Assembly: GCA_965178635.1 (NCBI GenBank)
Contig: CBCXVT010000020.1
Location: 2,991 to 66,990, forward strand
Direction of reading: 5' to 3'
Source of the DNA: Flavobacteriaceae bacterium
GTDB lineage: Bacteria > Bacteroidota > Bacteroidia > Flavobacteriales > Flavobacteriaceae
DNA: 64,000 bases
The first letter of the stretch is position 1. Every line of letters begins with the position of its first letter. The notes under the pieces were generated by a model. It saw only the letters and a program-made list of their open reading frames with translations. It had not been told where the DNA came from and ran no database searches. Below, piece after piece: positions 59,321 to 64,000 of this stretch. The translations under genes and the position numbers were made by a program.

Positions 59321-59689
59321 ATGAAAAAAATATTTTTAACTGTAATTGGAATAGTCGTTTTGACTTCATTTACAAACAAAACTGAAATAAGTGATGAATG
59401 TGATGTCGCTGAATTTTATAAAGCTGTTGAACCTGAAAGTGATGTAAAAGTTCTAACAACTTCAGGAGATTTACAAGAAGCTGAATTAATTTTAGTGCCA
59501 ACCAAAATGGAAGAGGGTACTTTTAAAATTGAAGTCACAAGAAAAGGGAGTAATATCTATAAAGTTGAAGGAACTAACTACTATATTGAAACACGATATT
59601 GCTATGAATACGCTACTTATGATGAGGCAATACTAAAAGTAGAAAGCAATTATGGATACGACAAAGGAACAATAATATTTAACCCATAA
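59321..59689 (+). CDS. Cassette ORF 3a: small exported protein
   Basis: Signal peptide MKKIFLTVIGIVVLTSF. Only 11 nt separate it from the next ORF, with no repeat between them. Confidence 0.45.
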   Translation: MKKIFLTVIGIVVLTSFTNKTEISDECDVAEFYKAVEPESDVKVLTTSGDLQEAELILVPTKMEEGTFKIEVTRKGSNIYKVEGTNYYIETRYCYEYATYDEAILKVESNYGYDKGTIIFNP

Positions 59690-59700
59690 TAAAATTATAA

Positions 59701-60690
59701 ATGACAAATAAATACATATTATTAATATTAACCTTAATACCTTTTTTCACTTTTAGCCAAACTGCTAAAGAGATTGCAAAAAACTGTTTACCATCCACAG
59801 TTTCATTGGTTATGGAAGATAAATCTAAACAACCTGTCTCTTTAGGCTCTGGTTTTGTATTAGAAAACGGAAAAGTTGTAACAAATTTACACGTAATTGA
59901 AGGAGCTAAATATGGATATATACTCGAAAATGGAAGTTCTAAAAAACATTCAATCAAAGGTTACTACCAAATAGACAAAATAAATGATTTAGCAATACTT
60001 TCCGTTCCAACATTAACTGCCCAACCTTTAGCTATTTCAAATTTAGACAAACCTGATGTTGGAGAAAAAATTTATGCGATTGGAAACCCTAAAGGGCTTT
60101 CAGGTACAATTTCTGAAGGAATTGTAAGTGGAATCCGCTCAATGGAAAACAAATCACTAATACAGATTACTGCACCAATTTCACCAGGTAGTAGTGGAGG
60201 ACCTGTAATAAACAATAAAGGAGAAGTAATTGGAGTAGCTGTAGGAACATTAACTTCTGGTCAGAATCTAAACTTTGCAATACCTGTGAATTTATTAACG
60301 AATCTTGCAAACAAAGGAACTTCATCTATAACTTCATTAAATATATCAAAAGGTGCGACTACACCAAAAACAAATAAAGATGAAATAGATGTTAAAGATG
60401 GCGTGATAGTTAGAAATTTATCTTGGGGTTGTTTTTTTGACTTTAGTTATAACTTTTCTATTAAGAACAATCTACCTTCAACTATTAGTGACGTAAGAGT
60501 ATTAATTTTAGTTTATGATTTAACAGGTACAATCATAAATTATTCAGAAAAAACATATTTCAGATATGATGAAATTAAACCATTTTTAGCTAAAACTATA
60601 GAATGTGTAAGCACTGAATTTAAGGATAGTTATAAAAAAGGTTATAAAATAAAGGCTAGAATATTAGATTTTAAAATACAAGACGAATAA
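59701..60690 (+). CDS. Cassette ORF 3b: trypsin-like (S1C/DegP-type) serine protease without PDZ domain
   Basis: Catalytic triad context: VVTNLHV (His), NDLAIL (Asp), SPGSSGGPV (Ser). Has a signal peptide. Confidence 0.75.
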   Translation: MTNKYILLILTLIPFFTFSQTAKEIAKNCLPSTVSLVMEDKSKQPVSLGSGFVLENGKVVTNLHVIEGAKYGYILENGSSKKHSIKGYYQIDKINDLAILSVPTLTAQPLAISNLDKPDVGEKIYAIGNPKGLSGTISEGIVSGIRSMENKSLIQITAPISPGSSGGPVINNKGEVIGVAVGTLTSGQNLNFAIPVNLLTNLANKGTSSITSLNISKGATTPKTNKDEIDVKDGVIVRNLSWGCFFDFSYNFSIKNNLPSTISDVRVLILVYDLTGTIINYSEKTYFRYDEIKPFLAKTIECVSTEFKDSYKKGYKIKARILDFKIQDE

Positions 60691-60849
60691 ATAACTCTAC
60701 ACAACAATGGCTATAAGTAATTGCTTGTTCTCGCCAACTTCTAAAAACATTCGCAGATTTTCTATTCGGCTTTTATTTGTTAAATTAGGTGCTTAAAACA
60801 CGCCACTAATCAAACACAAAACTGTTAGTAATAATAAACTCTCTTTAAA
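60691..60849 (+). repeat. Inter-cassette repeat R3
   Basis: See R2. Ends aactGTTAgt. Confidence 0.8.
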
Positions 60850-61269
60850 ATGAAAAACACAATTTTCACCATATTGTTCCTCTTGACTTTAAATTTAAAT
60901 GCTCAGCAAAACATTTTTGGAGTACCACAAAATAGTGCTACAACACAGAATAAAATGAATCTAGCTCAAAAAAATATTAATCAAGCTTATAAGGCATACT
61001 TTGAAGGAAATATTGAAAAGGCAAAATATTTCATTGACCAATCACAAGAACATGGTTTTAAAAGTGGGGACTTTTATTTCCTTTTAGGAGCATATATGTA
61101 TCGGACTGAAGAGTTTAAAGCAGCCAAAAGGTATTGGAAAATTTCACATAAAGAGGGTGGATGTTGGGAATGCAAAGAATACTTAGAAAAATTAAAAAAC
61201 AACATGCCTGTAGAAAGTTTAATTATGGACAAAGTCAAACTCTACTTATCAGAGTTGAATAAAAAATAA
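60850..61269 (+). CDS. Cassette ORF 4: exported TPR-like small protein
   Basis: Signal peptide MKNTIFTILFLLTLNLNAQ and helical-repeat-like sequence. Confidence 0.45.
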   Translation: MKNTIFTILFLLTLNLNAQQNIFGVPQNSATTQNKMNLAQKNINQAYKAYFEGNIEKAKYFIDQSQEHGFKSGDFYFLLGAYMYRTEEFKAAKRYWKISHKEGGCWECKEYLEKLKNNMPVESLIMDKVKLYLSELNKK

Positions 61270-61457
61270 ACGATTACCAACACCGCATAAAATTAATTAC
61301 TAGTTTTAGCCTACTTACGAAAATACTCGTGGATTTTCAGTTTGGTGCGTACTTGCAAAGTTTAGTGCAAAACCACGCAACTACTCATAGCCGAGACCGT
61401 AAGCAAACATTAAAAAACTCATTTCTAAAATAAAAAAAAGAAATTAATCTAATTCAT
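61270..61457 (+). repeat. Inter-cassette repeat R4 (diverged)
   Basis: Same layout as R1-R3: accCAACACCG start, central hairpin gaaaat-actcgtgg-attttc, then ..gtttagtgcaaaacca.., then ..accGTAAgc. Confidence 0.55.
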
Positions 61458-61925
61458 ATGAAAACTACAACTTTAATTATCTTCTTCCTATTCTTTAATA
61501 TTACATTTTCACAGTCTTTAGATGAGACTATTGGTTGGATTGGCCAAAATACAGATGGTCGTGAACAAGTTTATTACGACAAAGAAAACCATAAACTATC
61601 TATTAACTCAGTTAGACAAGCTCATAACTCATTAACTGTTTTTGTAAAAGAAATTGATCCAAATAGTATTAGTAGCATAGGAATTTTAAATGGTCAAGGT
61701 GGTTGGAATTCAGTTGTCTTAAATTTCAAGAATGGCTATGGAAATGTAACACGTTATATGAGAGACGAAAATTTTGAAATAACTGGTAATAAAACAAATG
61801 GTGATATGGCATATTTAAATATTAAAGTTCAATGCGACTATGATAAAATATTAAAACTAAAAAAGGCATTCTTACATCTGTTTAAAACAATAGGTGTTCA
61901 AGTTAAAGATGGAGATTTATTTTAA
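61458..61925 (+). CDS. Cassette ORF 5: exported protein of unknown function
   Basis: Signal peptide MKTTTLIIFFLFFNITFSQ. Confidence 0.45.
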   Translation: MKTTTLIIFFLFFNITFSQSLDETIGWIGQNTDGREQVYYDKENHKLSINSVRQAHNSLTVFVKEIDPNSISSIGILNGQGGWNSVVLNFKNGYGNVTRYMRDENFEITGNKTNGDMAYLNIKVQCDYDKILKLKKAFLHLFKTIGVQVKDGDLF

Positions 61926-61941
61926 TTTACCTAATAATTAA

Positions 61942-62317
61942 ATGGAAATAATTGGTTTTATAAGTATAGGTATTGTTGCTCTTTTCTTTTTTTTAATACT
62001 ATCAAATAATTAAAAAAAAAATATTAGGGATTTTATTAGTTTTAGTCTTTATTATTAGGCAATGTAACTTACATAATTCTGATAAAAATGGTGTAACTAT
62101 TGAACAAAAGGTAAAGCCAATTAATAACAGTTCTTCCATACAAGAAATAAAACTCCCAAAATATAATCACAAGCTAAATTACAAAGAAAAAGATACTTAT
62201 ATCCAAAAAAGAAGCAATGGATATTCAAGAACATATTATAGAGGGCCTAGAGGAGGATGCTATTATATAAACTCAAATGGTAATAAAACTTACGTTGATA
62301 GAAGTTTATGCAATTGA
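61942..62317 (+). pseudogene. Small membrane protein with C-terminal GPRGG-CYY-x-NGNKTYV motif, interrupted at an A10 run
   Basis: MEIIGFISIGIVALFFFLILSNN stops at 62011-62013. The +1 frame then continues ILGILLVLVFII...RGPRGGCYYINSNGNKTYVDRSLCN to 62317. Confidence 0.4.
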
Positions 62318-62410
62318 AAGTATGAAAAAATATTTGCTAACAACACCTAAAAATAATATGGAGTTGGCTTAACTTAAAAAGGGTCTAAAATTTAAATGGT
62401 TGTTGATTTA

Positions 62411-62809
62411 TTACAACTCTTTGAGTTCACCGGAAGCTGCTTCATCAAAATGATTTAAAAGGTAAAGTGGATCTTTATCTTCTATAATTTGCCAAGCTTC
62501 AGAGCTGTATTCATATTCAAAAACCATAGCTTCATTAGTATTGTTTACTACAATTTGTAACCTGTCTTTTTCGTTAAACGTTATAGGTTTGTCAAAACAA
62601 TTTGCTTTTGTAAGTGCCTTGGAAATTTTAATTCTATTTTCGTAATAGTTGGGTAAGAATTCATCGTAAGGTATTTGTACTTCTCCAATAAATTCTAATT
62701 TTTTGTGTTTGTTATATCTGTTTAACACCCAATAATGCTTGAGTTCTTCAAGGTCTGTGTTTTCATCAACACAGCTACACAGTTTTATATGATCTGATAT
62801 TTTGCACAT
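62411..62809 (-). CDS. Hypothetical 132-aa protein downstream of mcrC
   Basis: Intact ORF, 70 nt after the mcrC stop on the same strand. No recognised motif. Confidence 0.4.
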   Translation of the reverse strand: MCKISDHIKLCSCVDENTDLEELKHYWVLNRYNKHKKLEFIGEVQIPYDEFLPNYYENRIKISKALTKANCFDKPITFNEKDRLQIVVNNTNEAMVFEYEYSSEAWQIIEDKDPLYLLNHFDEAASGELKEL

Positions 62810-62879
62810 GCTTTTAGTTTTTTATTAAATAGACCTGTAATGGGATTTGTTATATAGAATGTTTTTATGTTTTGTTTTC

Positions 62880-64000
62880 TTACAACTCAGGCAATTTAAT
62901 TCCGTATTTGTAGAACATTACATATTTTTCAAATGGATATTTCCTTAAACTTTCTTTATCTAATTCAACACCATTTTTTTGATCAGGATATATCACTAAA
63001 CATTCTAGCACTTTACTATAATCGGATTCATTTAATTCATCATACATTTTCTTCATTCTTGCATATCCGCTAATTTGACGCGCATCATCCATTGATAGAC
63101 CATTAGATGCGTAACGTGGTTTGTATTTAGCATCTATAACCATTTTAAAACCTTGCTTATTTAACACAAAATCTGGTTCTTGTCTATTGATCGTTACATG
63201 ATATTTTACTTCATTTTTTAATGGAAATACTTCTCGTAGTTTTTTATACACATACAACTCAAACAACTTGGTCATATCAATCCAAAATGGTGGTGTTTTA
63301 AATTGCTGTTCACTCGTCTTACTAATGGTGTAGTTATAGCGTTTTAAAATAATTTTAGCCAGTTTTATAGCGTGCGTGTATTCTTTGAAGAGTGGGTTAG
63401 GCTTTGTGTTTTTTACTAATCTGATGTCTATATTCTGATCTACATTATCAAATGCAGGCTTCACATAATTAAATACATGTTTTAAATCTATGGTATTACA
63501 ACCATTAAGATTATTTAAAGCGGATTGCGTAAACAACAATGCTTTTTTTAAGATTCTATTTTCTACAGAATTATATCCAAATTCTTCAAATGTACATACG
63601 TTATGCAACATTTTTTGATGAGAATGGTTTTGTTTAATGGTTGCATTGACCAATACTTTACCTTTTACTCGAGCGTTTAAATTTTTAGTGACTTTATAGT
63701 ACGATTTCTTTAATCCTTTGCGTACTATTTGTTTCATTACTTGTAAGAACTCAACAAATAAGAATGGGGTTAATATATCTTGTTGTTGATTAATAGGTAT
63801 CAGAGGTGCTTTAAAATCTATTGTATATAAATCATTTAGATGTTTGAAGTTTTCAGGTTCTTGTAAAGCTTCAAATAGCATTCCTAAATAATCTATTTGT
63901 ATGGCCTCTTTATTGATTTTTGGCTGAACATAAATTGATAACTCCTTATTTACTATCCAATCAATACCTATCATGTAGGAAGTGTCGATTTTATAATCTT
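62880..64000 (-). CDS. mcrC: McrC-like subunit of a McrBC-type modification-dependent restriction system (5' end probably outside window)
   Basis: LFELYVYKKL...EPDFVL...MVIDAKYK...DARQISGY matches the PD-(D/E)xK core of McrC. The frame stays open upstream of the first Met, up to the window edge. Confidence 0.65.
   Translation of the reverse strand, partial: DYKIDTSYMIGIDWIVNKELSIYVQPKINKEAIQIDYLGMLFEALQEPENFKHLNDLYTIDFKAPLIPINQQQDILTPFLFVEFLQVMKQIVRKGLKKSYYKVTKNLNARVKGKVLVNATIKQNHSHQKMLHNVCTFEEFGYNSVENRILKKALLFTQSALNNLNGCNTIDLKHVFNYVKPAFDNVDQNIDIRLVKNTKPNPLFKEYTHAIKLAKIILKRYNYTISKTSEQQFKTPPFWIDMTKLFELYVYKKLREVFPLKNEVKYHVTINRQEPDFVLNKQGFKMVIDAKYKPRYASNGLSMDDARQISGYARMKKMYDELNESDYSKVLECLVIYPDQKNGVELDKESLRKYPFEKYVMFYKYGIKLPEL

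Noticed and set aside
57779-62360. Calling the cassette region a complete integron
   Set aside because: No IntI-like tyrosine recombinase, attI site or Pc promoter is identifiable in the window. The CAAC/GTTG ends only loosely fit RYYYAAC/GTTRRRY. It is reported only as an integron-like or rAID-like array that needs a covariance-model test.

Overview
AT-rich (about one-third GC by eye) segment that looks like a marine Flavobacteriia (Bacteroidota) chromosome. The taxon call is an inference from a T9SS C-terminal sorting-domain protein, a PorV/PorQ-like barrel and general gene style. Layout: (1) 1-8.2 kb, polysaccharide (PS) locus 1, with an FkbM methyltransferase, a DegT aminotransferase, two hexapeptide acyltransferases, glycosyltransferases (GT2/GT4) and a sulfotransferase. 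(2) 8.5-12.4 kb, a PAPS-supply operon (cysQ, DUF2061, cysC, cysD, cysN) broken by many single-base frameshifts. (3) 12.4-13.3 kb, a swarm of ~30-nt hairpin-type repeats around a GIY-YIG nuclease gene. (4) Three diverged copies of an uncharacterised module (A 13.2-14.6 kb, B 23.0-24.6 kb, C inverted at 49.3-50.4 kb). Each module is a ~250-aa protein starting MAK...GT.DG..FYK, transcribed divergently from a ~65-aa HTH protein, with a conserved box and three or four tandem 11-bp repeats between them. Copies A and B sit directly in front of PS locus 2 (14.7-19.7 kb) and PS locus 3 (24.8-39.3 kb; second sulfotransferase, Wzy-like polymerase, WbaP-like initiating transferase, two frameshifted GT genes). 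(5) 19.76-22.84 kb, a non-coding tandem array of ~10.9 copies of a 282-284-bp unit with higher-order structure. A diverged solo relative of the unit lies at 54.65-54.84 kb. (6) 39.3-49.0 kb, ordinary core genes (DUF4105, PorV/PorQ-like, T9SS cargo, GT2, YbbR-like, coaE, two-component system). (7) From about 49.04 kb, where a tRNA 3'-end-like fragment sits, to the window end, an accessory or island-like region. It holds module C with a DUF5675/YkuD-like gene and two tiny membrane proteins, a ~600-nt GC-enriched non-coding stretch, an SRAP/UmuD/UmuC(pseudo) cluster, a lone P-loop ATPase, an integron-like array of exported-protein ORFs separated by conserved ~130-190-bp structured repeats with no recombinase in view, and a partial McrC gene. 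The best candidates for something undescribed are the cassette array, the triplicated MAK/iteron/HTH module and the 283-bp satellite. All product calls rest on motif recognition by eye; no searches were run.
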